This document shows, piece after piece, positions 40,601 through 50,112 of a DNA stretch of 64,000 bases (within the stretch, counting starts at the first letter, position 1; each line of letters begins with the position of its first letter). The notes under the pieces are model-generated. The model did no database searches, was not told the origin of the DNA, and saw nothing but the letters and a program-made list of their open reading frames with translations. Source of the DNA: Candidatus Bathyarchaeota archaeon (GTDB lineage: Archaea > Thermoproteota > Bathyarchaeia > Bathyarchaeales > Bathycorpusculaceae); NCBI GenBank assembly GCA_963832745.1, contig CAWHVC010000002.1:288001-352000 (forward strand), read 5' to 3'. Both the position numbers and the translations under genes were made by a program.

Positions 40601-40673
40601 TCAAAGTTAATAAGTGTGATTAGCGAAAACAACGAAGAAACGAGCAGAAAAAATACGGGAGAGCATCAAGAAA

Positions 40674-41648
40674 ATGGAAAAAACTAAAATCGCAATTGTA
40701 ATCGCTTTAATTGCAATCATTACTGTATCCGCAGTTATTGTTGTATATTCAACCCAGAATCCATCTCAACAATCACAAGGTGCCATAACAATTACCGACA
40801 GCGAAGGCTACCAAACAACAATAGACAAAGTTCCAACCAGAATCATCTCTATTGCGCCAAGCATAACTCCAATCCTTTACGAGATAGGTGTAGGCGACAA
40901 AGTAGTAGGATTAACAAGTTACGATGATTCACCATACAATTTCACTGCATGGTTTGAAGCAGGCAACATGACCAGCGTAGGTGGATTCTCAACACCCAAC
41001 ATGGAAGCAATAATCAATTTACAGCCAGACATCATTTTCACAACAGACATTAACGACGCAATGCTTCCAAACATGAGAGACCTTGGATTAAAAGTAGTAG
41101 TAGTAGGTCCAAAAAGTATTGATGGTATCTATCAAACTATTCAGCTTTTAGGAAAAGCAACTGGTGCAGAAGATAACGCTAATGCATTAGTGAACAGTTT
41201 AACTGATAAAGTCAACAATGTGGTAGCTACGATAAATGCAGCTAACATTACAGATAAGCCAACTGTTTACTATGAGGTTTGGAGTTCAAATGCAGGTTAT
41301 ATGACTATCGGCTCAAGTACATGGATGAATGACGTTATAGACAAAGCCGGCGGAGTTAACTTATTTGGCAATGTATCCGAAGAGTACCCCACAACAAGTT
41401 TAGAAGTCCTTGTAACAGATAATCCTGACGTTATTTTGCTCCCGACAGACATGGGCGGAGCACCATCATATGGAAGCGTTGAACAAGTACAAGCAAGAAC
41501 AGGCTTTAACACCATTAACGCAGTGATTAACAACCGTATATACGTACTTGACGCAGACTTGCTGAATGAACCTGGAATAAGAATTGCAGATCAAGTTCAA
41601 GCAATCGCTGCCTGTTTGTATCCAAACCTTTTCCCTTCCTCTTCCTAA
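40674..41648 (+). CDS. btuF: Cobalamin/iron-siderophore ABC substrate-binding protein
   Basis: RIISIAPSITPIL, PNMEAIINLQPD, N-terminal anchor; cbiZ context. Confidence 0.82.
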   Translation: MEKTKIAIVIALIAIITVSAVIVVYSTQNPSQQSQGAITITDSEGYQTTIDKVPTRIISIAPSITPILYEIGVGDKVVGLTSYDDSPYNFTAWFEAGNMTSVGGFSTPNMEAIINLQPDIIFTTDINDAMLPNMRDLGLKVVVVGPKSIDGIYQTIQLLGKATGAEDNANALVNSLTDKVNNVVATINAANITDKPTVYYEVWSSNAGYMTIGSSTWMNDVIDKAGGVNLFGNVSEEYPTTSLEVLVTDNPDVILLPTDMGGAPSYGSVEQVQARTGFNTINAVINNRIYVLDADLLNEPGIRIADQVQAIAACLYPNLFPSSS

Positions 41649-41670
41649 TTTTTTTATTGAGTGACATCTA

Positions 41671-42777
41671 TTGAGCGACATAACCCGTAATAGTTCAAGC
41701 AGTACAGAAAACATTTACAAATCCCGTGCAAAACGCTGGAAACTAATTATAGCTGGGCTTATCGTTGCTCTTATTCTCACAGTGATTGTTTCTTTGAACA
41801 TTGGTTATGCACCAATTTCATACTCTGACATCTTAACTTATTTTGGTAGCAAAATACCTGGAATAAACGGTTTTATTGATGTAGCTTCTTTCTCACGCGA
41901 TCAACTAGCTGAGCAGTCAATAGTTATCGGTATTCGTTTACCCCGTATACTTTCTGCCCTGATAATTGGTGCTGCCCTTTCTGCTTCAGGCACGATTTTT
42001 CAAGGCGTTTTTAAGAATCCTATGGCAGACCCTTTTGTTTTGGGTGTGTCTGCTGGAGCTTCAGTGGGTGCTGGAGTTGCCATACTTTGGGGTGCAGGAA
42101 TAAGTTTTTTTGGTTTTCCTCTGGTACCCATAATAGCCTTCATATCGGCTCTCGCAACCATTTTCTTTGTATATAACATTTCACGAGTAGGTTCAAGAGT
42201 TCCAGTAATGTCTCTGCTTCTTACTGGTATTGCTGTAAGTATTTTCCTCTCTGCAGTATTCCAAACTATGCAGTTTCTGACGACAGATCATAAACTTAGC
42301 CAACTTGTGAATTGGCAAATCGGCACAATAACAAACATTGGCTGGACAAACTGGTGGGCCAGCCTTCCATTCATTATAACAGGCACCGTGTTGTCATATT
42401 TTTACGCTCGAGACCTAAACATGATTTCCCTTGGCGAAGATACAGCCCAACATTTAGGCGTAAACACAGAGAGAACAAAAAAGATTCTTTTAGCGCTTGC
42501 TTCAATGATGACCGCTGCGGCAGTTTCTATCAGTGGATTAATTGGTTTTGTAGGGTTGATGATTCCACACATAACAAGACTCCTCGTAGGTCCAGACCAC
42601 CGTTTACTTATACCTGCATCAGTTATTGTCGGCTCAATCTATCTGATTTTATGTGATGACCTTGCAAGAGTAATTAGTGGTCAAACAGAATTACCTGTTG
42701 GAATAATAACGGCCCTTGCGGGCGGGCCTTTCTTAATTTTCCTTCTCCGCAGAAGCAAACAACAATACAGGATGTAG
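41671..42777 (+). CDS. btuC: BtuC/FecCD ABC permease
   Basis: RLPR, NPMADP, GEDTAQHLGV, IGFVGL, ELPVG. Confidence 0.87.
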   Translation: MSDITRNSSSSTENIYKSRAKRWKLIIAGLIVALILTVIVSLNIGYAPISYSDILTYFGSKIPGINGFIDVASFSRDQLAEQSIVIGIRLPRILSALIIGAALSASGTIFQGVFKNPMADPFVLGVSAGASVGAGVAILWGAGISFFGFPLVPIIAFISALATIFFVYNISRVGSRVPVMSLLLTGIAVSIFLSAVFQTMQFLTTDHKLSQLVNWQIGTITNIGWTNWWASLPFIITGTVLSYFYARDLNMISLGEDTAQHLGVNTERTKKILLALASMMTAAAVSISGLIGFVGLMIPHITRLLVGPDHRLLIPASVIVGSIYLILCDDLARVISGQTELPVGIITALAGGPFLIFLLRRSKQQYRM

Positions 42778-42787
42778 AAGGAAAAAA

Positions 42788-44035
42788 ATGGTTACATTAA
42801 ACGTTAATGGCGTAGAATGTCGTTATGGCTCTGTTAAAGTACTATCCGACATTACTTTAGAAGTAAAACCCGGTTGCTTCCTTGGTATTTTAGGTCCAAA
42901 CGGTTCAGGAAAATCGACGCTTCTAAAAAGTTTAAGTAGAGTACTCAAGCCACATTGCGGTTCAATCTTAATTGATGACGAAGACATTTATTCATTGAAA
43001 CCCAAGGAACTGGCTAAAAAGATGGCGGTAGTTCCACAGTTCAGTAATGTTGGGTTTAACTTTTCAGTGATGGATGTTGTCTTAATGGGGCGCAATCCAC
43101 ACATGGGCGATTTTCAGATGGAAACCGCAAAAGATGTGGAAATTGCCCGTAAAGCAATGGAGTTAACCAACACTTGGACCTTTGCAAACAGACCGATTAA
43201 TGAGTTGAGTGGTGGTGAAGCTCAACGTGTAATTATTGCACGTGCAATTGCGCAGGAACCCAAAATCCTTCTTCTTGATGAACCTATAAGCCACCTAGAC
43301 ATAATTAACCAAATTGAAATAATGGACCTGGTAAAGAACCTGTGTATTAAGAACGGTTTAGCTGTACTAGCGGTTATTCATGACCTTAACATAGCAAGCC
43401 GTTACTGTGACATGATTATGATGCTTAAAGACAGCAAAGTTTTCGCTCTCGGCTCAGTGGAAGAGGTTATGACAAGCGCGAATATCCAAAGCGTTTTCGG
43501 AATTGACGCAATGGTGCGCAAAAACTTGGTTACTAGCTGTCCTTATGTAATTCCGCTTTCTCCTAGGAAGCCCTGTATAGGAAAGAATTGTACTGTTCAC
43601 TTAATTTGCGGCGCCGGAACCGGAACACCGCTAATAAAAACGTTTGTTGATAAAGGCTATAATGTTTCATCCGGCGTTTTGAACGTTGCAGACACTGACC
43701 TTGAAACCTGTGAATTATTAAAGGTAAACTCAATTTCTGACCCACCTTTTTCAGCCATAACTGACCAGTCTTATCAAGCAAACTTGGAAATGGTCAAAAA
43801 CGCAAACATTGTAATTTTAACCGATGTCCCGTTTGGTTTGGGCAACCTTAAAAATTTAAACGCTGCAATAGAAGCAGCAAAATGTGGCATACCAACGTAC
43901 GTTATCGATGAGAGCCCAATAGAAATTCGTGACTACACTGGAGGAAAAGCAGCCTGTTTAATGCAGCAACTCAGGGAATGCGGTGCAATATTTGTTAAAA
44001 GTCAAGCAGAGCTTTTTTCGTTGCTAAAGGACTAG
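42788..44035 (+). CDS. btuD: BtuD/FecE ABC ATPase with C-terminal extension
   Basis: GPNGSGKST, LSGGE, LDEP, HDLN; about 150 aa tail with ICGAGTG. Confidence 0.87.
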   Translation: MVTLNVNGVECRYGSVKVLSDITLEVKPGCFLGILGPNGSGKSTLLKSLSRVLKPHCGSILIDDEDIYSLKPKELAKKMAVVPQFSNVGFNFSVMDVVLMGRNPHMGDFQMETAKDVEIARKAMELTNTWTFANRPINELSGGEAQRVIIARAIAQEPKILLLDEPISHLDIINQIEIMDLVKNLCIKNGLAVLAVIHDLNIASRYCDMIMMLKDSKVFALGSVEEVMTSANIQSVFGIDAMVRKNLVTSCPYVIPLSPRKPCIGKNCTVHLICGAGTGTPLIKTFVDKGYNVSSGVLNVADTDLETCELLKVNSISDPPFSAITDQSYQANLEMVKNANIVILTDVPFGLGNLKNLNAAIEAAKCGIPTYVIDESPIEIRDYTGGKAACLMQQLRECGAIFVKSQAELFSLLKD

Positions 44036-44095
44036 TTTTTTGCATCATTTTTTGTTTTTGCAAGGGCTGAGCTGATTTTTTAAAAATGGGGTTGG

Positions 44096-46285
44096 TTAAA
44101 GGTCGTTTTGGTTTAACTCTTTTTTGAGGGCTTCGAAGCTTTCTTGGATTCGCGTAATTAATTCATGATCATCATTTGGGTTAAGTCCAATATATTTTGA
44201 CTTGTTGTATTCACCGTTATAGGTCAAGATGTCTTCAATAGACTGTCTTTTTTCGTAAATTTCTTTGATTTTTTGTGTTTCAACATCATTTTCGTTTGTT
44301 GATAAAAGCGCGTACATGATTGCGCATGCGGCTCCAAACTCTAAGCCTTTGGTGGTTAAACCATGTTTTTGAGAAAGATGAATCGCGCCAATTACTCTTT
44401 CGCCAGCTTGAAGTTTTCTCATTGGGTCTCTTCCAACTCTGGAACATGCGTCTTTAAATGAGGCGCGGCAACGTTTAAGAAAACTTTGGGCGAAAGAGTT
44501 TATGTACTGTTTAGAATTCGGATTTTCTATAAGTAAAGCCGGCTTGAGTTCGTTTTTAATTATTTTTTCCGCAAGTTTTGAAACTCTGGAGTCACCCATT
44601 CCTTGTCCAACGGTTTTGTAGCCTAAAAGCGCCGAGTACCAAGCGATAATAGCGTGAGGACCATTTGATAATTTATTTTTTATTTCCTGCATTGATTTTA
44701 TGTCTTCAACAATTACTACTTGTCTTAACCGTTCTAAAATTGGGCTGCCTTTGCTGGCGTAAATCGGCATGTCTGGTTCACTGCTAAACAACGTAACATT
44801 AAGTTTTGATAATTCATCGGCAAACTGTGTTACACACGAAATGTTGCCTGCAATGTTTATGGTTTCATAAACTGTTTTCTTCTCAGTTTCGGCAGACCAC
44901 TTTTGTTTAGGTTTAGCGTTAATCTCCGAAAAATACGCTTGAGACATCTCTATGATTTCTTTCATTTTTCCAGAGTAATCCAAAATGCTCTTATGCATCT
45001 TGCGTAACTCATTCTGAATGTTTGAAATGATTGCTTCATCGGGTAATCTTGAAACCATACGGTTAACAACGGTTTCAGTGAAAAACGTGGCTCTCACTAT
45101 TTCTTTGGCGCGGTCTTCCCCAACTAACTGTTTAGCAGCGTTTTCTACATGAGTTCTAACGTATCTTGCAGAATTTATCTTGTTCATTACGATTAGTAAG
45201 GTGAGGCCTTCACCGTTACTGTTGTATCTTTCAATTAGTCCTTTTGCTATCAGTTTGGCCTGAGATTTTATTGCTTGTTCCGGAAGAGCTAAACCGATTA
45301 TATGCGCCTTCTTGTACATATCGATTACTTGAGGCTCATCAGCCATATCTATAATTGTCACATTTGAAATTGTTTGAAAATACGCCAAGCTTTCATATTT
45401 TACCTTGTACTTGCCTAAAGCATTTATCAGTTGACCAATTAAATCGTCATTTGTTACCCCAATAATTTTTCTCGGTTTAGTATATCCATCCCAGTGACAG
45501 AAAATCTGTGCAAGATAACCACCGCCTATTGCGCCAAACCCGTGAATGCCTGCAATAGTATAGCCTGTGCTTTGCGGAAAATGCTCGTTAAGACTAGGCA
45601 TAGGCATTTTAGGCATTTGTGCAATTAGTTCATCCAGAAAATCGGTCATTTTATCATATGCCCTGAAAGCAAGCGCTTTAACTTCTGGAGCAAGTTCTTT
45701 TATGTCTTTAAAGAAGATGGGCATTCCGCCTGCGGCGCTGGCTGCTAAAAGGCCGTTATGGGAGTCTTCAAAAATGAAGCAGTTGCCCAGTTCACAATTG
45801 AGTTCGCTTGCTGCTTTTAGGAATATTTCTGGGTTGGGTTTTCCTTTTTCTACTTCGTCTCCGCATACTATTACGTCAAAAAAACGTAGTACTCTTGCGT
45901 TAAGAAGGTATTCTTCGGCTATTTCTCTTCTGCTTGATGTAGCCAAAGCAAGAAGAACGCCGTTTTTCTTTAAACGTTCAAGTAAATTGTAAAGACCTTT
46001 TTTTACGGGGATTCCGTGTTCCCTAACGTAGCTTCTTTCAAGCTCGTCGGCTTTTTCTCTTATTTTTTTATACGGGTAATCTTGGCCGTAGCATTCTTTT
46101 GCAAGTTTTTCAGCTGTTACAGCACTTACTCCAAGAGAGTCGTAAAGTATTTTGTCTGAGATTTCGGTTCCGAAAATTTCTTTTGACGCCTGTTTAATCA
46201 TTTTGAACCGTAGTCTTTCTGTGTCAAACATGGTTCCATCCATGTCAAATATGGCGCCCTCCACTGTTTTATTCTGAAAAATCAT
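44096..46285 (-). CDS. mtlD: Bifunctional HAD phosphatase / mannitol-1-phosphate dehydrogenase
   Basis: FDMDGTMFDTERLRF, KPNP, EDS (HAD); IHGFGAIGGG, VNRMV, KNKLSNGPH, RVGRDPMRKL (M1PDH). Confidence 0.87.
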   Translation of the reverse strand: MIFQNKTVEGAIFDMDGTMFDTERLRFKMIKQASKEIFGTEISDKILYDSLGVSAVTAEKLAKECYGQDYPYKKIREKADELERSYVREHGIPVKKGLYNLLERLKKNGVLLALATSSRREIAEEYLLNARVLRFFDVIVCGDEVEKGKPNPEIFLKAASELNCELGNCFIFEDSHNGLLAASAAGGMPIFFKDIKELAPEVKALAFRAYDKMTDFLDELIAQMPKMPMPSLNEHFPQSTGYTIAGIHGFGAIGGGYLAQIFCHWDGYTKPRKIIGVTNDDLIGQLINALGKYKVKYESLAYFQTISNVTIIDMADEPQVIDMYKKAHIIGLALPEQAIKSQAKLIAKGLIERYNSNGEGLTLLIVMNKINSARYVRTHVENAAKQLVGEDRAKEIVRATFFTETVVNRMVSRLPDEAIISNIQNELRKMHKSILDYSGKMKEIIEMSQAYFSEINAKPKQKWSAETEKKTVYETINIAGNISCVTQFADELSKLNVTLFSSEPDMPIYASKGSPILERLRQVVIVEDIKSMQEIKNKLSNGPHAIIAWYSALLGYKTVGQGMGDSRVSKLAEKIIKNELKPALLIENPNSKQYINSFAQSFLKRCRASFKDACSRVGRDPMRKLQAGERVIGAIHLSQKHGLTTKGLEFGAACAIMYALLSTNENDVETQKIKEIYEKRQSIEDILTYNGEYNKSKYIGLNPNDDHELITRIQESFEALKKELNQNDL

Positions 46286-46676
46286 TTTTCACTCTCTCAG
46301 TTACTTTTCGGTTAATGTGTAAGCACATCTTATTAACTTTTTTACGAAAAATTCTTACTATTATAAATTAGTGCTTTTACGTAAATTTTTGTATTATATT
46401 CAGTAAAACATTAAAAAATGTTAATTTCAAAATTAATATTTGGTTAATATTGAATTAACGTTAACGCTTCCAAAAAGTTTGCTTGAATGTTCCTATTTAA
46501 CGAGTGACTAAACTTCGAAGCACCGTTTGGCCTCTTTTTTAGAAAAATATTGTTTTTAGTACTCAATCAATTTCGGGTACAAAAAAGCGTTCGTAACCAC
46601 TATGCTAAAATATAGTTGCGCCTAAGAAGTTCTTTGCCCTTCTATAGATAATGGGCTTGTGGGGGAATAATCCGAA

Positions 46677-47807
46677 TTGAGTTCCGAAAAAATAGTTGTT
46701 CGTGGGCTTCGAAACGTCCATGCAGCAGAAACAAAAATCAGCTTCGTAGATCCAAACGGTGCACTATACTACTTAGGATACAATATTGATGACTTAGTGG
46801 AACGGGTTTGCTATGAAGAAGTCGCGTATTTGTTAATTAATAAAAAGTTGCCTACTAAGCAAGAGTTAGATGATTTCAAGTCACTTCTTGTATACGAAAT
46901 GACTTTGCCAGAATTAACTTTAAGGAGCCTAGAGTCAACTCCAAAACACTGTCACCCAATGGAGGTTTTGCGGACAGAATTTTCTCGGCTGAGCCAATTC
47001 GATGAGGATAACAAAGACAATTCAGAGCAAACAAACAAAAAACGAGCAATAAAATTAACTGCAAAATTTCCAACACTAGTTGCCGCTATCTATAGAGTAC
47101 GCAATAACAAACAGCCTCTTGTTCCCCAAACTGACTTTGGCGTTGCTGAAAACTTCCTTTACATGTTCCGAGGAATAAAAGCTGATGCCGACGAAAAAAA
47201 GGCAATTGACCGCTTTATGACTCTTCATGCTGACCATGGTTTCAACGCGTCTACATTTGCTGCTCGAGTGACAGCAAGCACTAACTCCGACATTTACTCA
47301 GCTGTAACCTCTGCTATTGGAGCTCTTAAAGGTCCACTTCACGGTGGTGCTAGCGAGAAGGTGATGTATATGCTTGATGACATTAACACCGAGGAAGAAG
47401 TTGAGGATTACATCCAAGGAATGCTTGATGATCAGAAAAAAATTATGGGCTTTGGTCACCGCATATACATAACAGAGGATCCTAGGACAAAGCATCTTAG
47501 AGGTATAGCTGAAGAATTATGCAGAAACAAGAACACGTTAAAGATTTACAATTTATCTAAAAAAATAGAAAACGTTGTTCATGAAAAGAAGAAGATTTTC
47601 CCTAACGTGGACTTTTATGCTGCTGTAACTCTTAATACACTTGGTATTCCATCAGAGTTTTTTACGCCTTTCTTTGCGTCAAGCAGAATATCAGGTTGGA
47701 CTGCTCACGTATTGGAGCAGTATGAAGATGCTGTACTGTTGCGACCTTCAACAAAATATGTGGGTGAATTTGGTATACCTTTTGTACCAATTGAAGACCG
47801 CACATAA
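46677..47807 (+). CDS. Citrate / 2-methylcitrate synthase
   Basis: HADHGFNAST, GPLHGGA, MGFGHR, DPR, PNVDF. Confidence 0.93.
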   Translation: MSSEKIVVRGLRNVHAAETKISFVDPNGALYYLGYNIDDLVERVCYEEVAYLLINKKLPTKQELDDFKSLLVYEMTLPELTLRSLESTPKHCHPMEVLRTEFSRLSQFDEDNKDNSEQTNKKRAIKLTAKFPTLVAAIYRVRNNKQPLVPQTDFGVAENFLYMFRGIKADADEKKAIDRFMTLHADHGFNASTFAARVTASTNSDIYSAVTSAIGALKGPLHGGASEKVMYMLDDINTEEEVEDYIQGMLDDQKKIMGFGHRIYITEDPRTKHLRGIAEELCRNKNTLKIYNLSKKIENVVHEKKKIFPNVDFYAAVTLNTLGIPSEFFTPFFASSRISGWTAHVLEQYEDAVLLRPSTKYVGEFGIPFVPIEDRT

Positions 47808-47864
47808 ATGCTTCTTTTCTTCTTTGTAATTACTTTCTAACTGATTTTTAGGCTTGTAACGTTT

Positions 47865-48149
47865 TCATTTGGATTCGTAAATCTCGGTGTTATCGCCTAA
47901 TTCCTTCATGCTCCTTCCAAGTAGTATCACGTCGCCAACTGAAGTAATCAACGTCACAGGAATGGATACAATTGAACTCTTAAAACGCTTTTTAAACCCC
48001 AGGTCTTCAGACGCTTTGCTGGAAAGTTTCACCTGCAAATGAGTGACCTGCCACTTGTTGGCGTCAATTTCTGCGCTTTTTACTTCCCCAATAACAAGTC
48101 CATCAGAACTAATAACGTTCAATCCACTAAGCGAATCGACACTAATCAA
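47865..48149 (-). CDS. PRC-barrel domain protein (start moved to TTG 48149)
   Basis: LSGLNVISSDGLVIGEV...IPVTLITSVGDVILL; GGTGAT SD before the TTG. Confidence 0.8.
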   Translation of the reverse strand: MISVDSLSGLNVISSDGLVIGEVKSAEIDANKWQVTHLQVKLSSKASEDLGFKKRFKSSIVSIPVTLITSVGDVILLGRSMKELGDNTEIYESK

Positions 48150-48276
48150 AAAATCACCAAAATAACACCTCTCGCCGCAAAATATAACGGTTTTGATAAA
48201 ACAAAATATTGTAAAACTTAGATAAAGAAACCGAAAAAGCCGTAAATATGCAAACAAGAGTGTGCCTGATTGGTTT

Positions 48277-49089
48277 CTAACCCATTTTTTTGGTGCCTGT
48301 GAAGTTAGAGGCTTTTTCGGCATTAAATCTTAGGCTGACTTTTTGCCCTGACGAGTATATCGAGTAGCTTGCTTGTCCAGTGCAGATTCTTCGCGCGCGT
48401 TCTCCGTCTTTGATTACAAAACCTGACAAGTCATTAACACCAAACTGTGTTAAGACAGGTGCTAAGGGTGTGCTGGGGCCAACCAAAACAACGTATGCCT
48501 GCTTTGAAAGTTCAAGAAAACGCGGTAGAGACTTGTCAATCAGCGAACCGCACGTGATAAGAACGTATTCACATTCTGGCAGTATATATTCAGCGGCGCT
48601 GTATGGGTAATCGTCTTCTTCAGGCCACCGAGATAGAACCGAAAGGTCACAAACAGGCCGAAACAACTGTTCAACATAAGGAAAATGCTCAATTATGCCC
48701 ACCTTTTTGTCTCGTATAACCTTCTGATAGGTGATAAAGGGGTCGTAGACCCGGTCTTCAGCGAATCGGCTGTTAGAAACGTTAACGCCATTTTTTCTGG
48801 CAACCTCTGCTGAATTATAGTAAGCGTTAATGGCTGCGTTGGCGATGCCTGCTTCAACGTAATTCCAAGATTTGATGCCTTCAGCAAGCTTCTTAAGCGG
48901 CATACCAACTGTTTTTTCAATTAATGTGGCGTGGCGTGTGTCGTCTGTTAGTACGCTGCCAAAACCGTGCCCTTCACCGGACCGTACATAAGCGTGGTAT
49001 GGACCGCAAACAATTTCGTCAGCGGTACACGATTCAGGTATTGCATCGATTAAAGTGTCATATAGTCGCCATTTACTTGAATTAAGCAT
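48277..49089 (-). CDS. DUF364/DUF4213 family (putative metal-chelation, Rossmann-like) protein
   Basis: EAGIANAAINA, LPECEYVLIT, VGPSTPL. Confidence 0.8.
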   Translation of the reverse strand: MLNSSKWRLYDTLIDAIPESCTADEIVCGPYHAYVRSGEGHGFGSVLTDDTRHATLIEKTVGMPLKKLAEGIKSWNYVEAGIANAAINAYYNSAEVARKNGVNVSNSRFAEDRVYDPFITYQKVIRDKKVGIIEHFPYVEQLFRPVCDLSVLSRWPEEDDYPYSAAEYILPECEYVLITCGSLIDKSLPRFLELSKQAYVVLVGPSTPLAPVLTQFGVNDLSGFVIKDGERARRICTGQASYSIYSSGQKVSLRFNAEKASNFTGTKKMG

Positions 49090-50110
49090 TTTTGATATCC
49101 TCCAAATCTTTCAGAACAATTACGTTGCCCCGGCGCAGGTCATTTCGAATATTCTGAAGTACGTTATCCATAAATTCGATTAATGTAAGATTTTTTTGCT
49201 CATCCTTAGAGGTTTCAATTACTTTGTGGATTCCCCCGTTTTTTATAACAATGCGTTTGTCAGCGTTCAACGCTAAAAGCGGGTCATGAGTGGAGATAAG
49301 CACGATTTTTTCTTTCTTTGCCAACAGACGGATAGCCTGTTTTCGGTCTACACCAGCGTTTTCAATTTCATCAATCAAAACAATCGGCGACGCGCTAATG
49401 TAGGCGGTGCCTGCAATCATCAAGGCTCTTGATTGACCTCCCGAGAGTTGAGTAACTTTGGTTGTCAAAGTAAAAGCTTCACCTGCCAACTCGTTTGCAC
49501 AGTCAAAGCATTGCTTGATTGTTTCTTGGGGATTTTTGCATAAGCGGCTTTTAGCGTGCATTTCTAGAAACTCGCCCACTGTTAGGTCCATAACGAAATT
49601 CATGTTTTGAGATAGTTGAGCGACAAGTTTGCTGCCCATTGAGAAGCGTTCTTCGTCGCTGAGCGTTTTTCCATTAATTAGTATTTGGCGTTTGGTTGGT
49701 GTGTCTTTTTGGGCGATGCATTCTATGTCGCTTAAGAGTTGGCTTTTTCCTGAACCTGTTGGGCCTACAATACTGATGACTTCTCCAGCGTTAATTGTCA
49801 GGGTGAGGTTTTCTGGGAAACCTATTTTGTTTTTTCCGCCAACAATTGTTATAGACTGCACTTTTTCGGTTTCTTCACAATTTTTTAGGATCGTTTCAAG
49901 GAATGACGTAAATTGTTCAACAAGTTCCATTCTTGAAAATCCAAACTCTAACAGTCGGTCTTCCTTAAGCTTTTCAAGCGCCGCTTCGATGGTTGTGTCT
50001 TTGGGCAAGTCTTGTAGGTTAAAATTGACTAAAAAATCGTTGGCAAGCGGATACAGCTCTACTATTTGATTGATTGTTTTACTTTCTATGAGCTGTTTAA
50101 TAGCCATCAT
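49082..50110 (-). CDS. Stand-alone ABC ATPase with N-terminal helical domain
   Basis: GPTGSGKS, LSQNMNF, LSGGQSRALM, IDEIENAG, THDP. Confidence 0.85.
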   Translation of the reverse strand: MMAIKQLIESKTINQIVELYPLANDFLVNFNLQDLPKDTTIEAALEKLKEDRLLEFGFSRMELVEQFTSFLETILKNCEETEKVQSITIVGGKNKIGFPENLTLTINAGEVISIVGPTGSGKSQLLSDIECIAQKDTPTKRQILINGKTLSDEERFSMGSKLVAQLSQNMNFVMDLTVGEFLEMHAKSRLCKNPQETIKQCFDCANELAGEAFTLTTKVTQLSGGQSRALMIAGTAYISASPIVLIDEIENAGVDRKQAIRLLAKKEKIVLISTHDPLLALNADKRIVIKNGGIHKVIETSKDEQKNLTLIEFMDNVLQNIRNDLRRGNVIVLKDLEDIKNA

Positions 50111-50112
50111 TG

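Noticed and set aside
40495-40673. Canonical cobalamin riboswitch
   Set aside because: Conserved GGGAA and B12-box elements not found; kept only as a candidate novel leader
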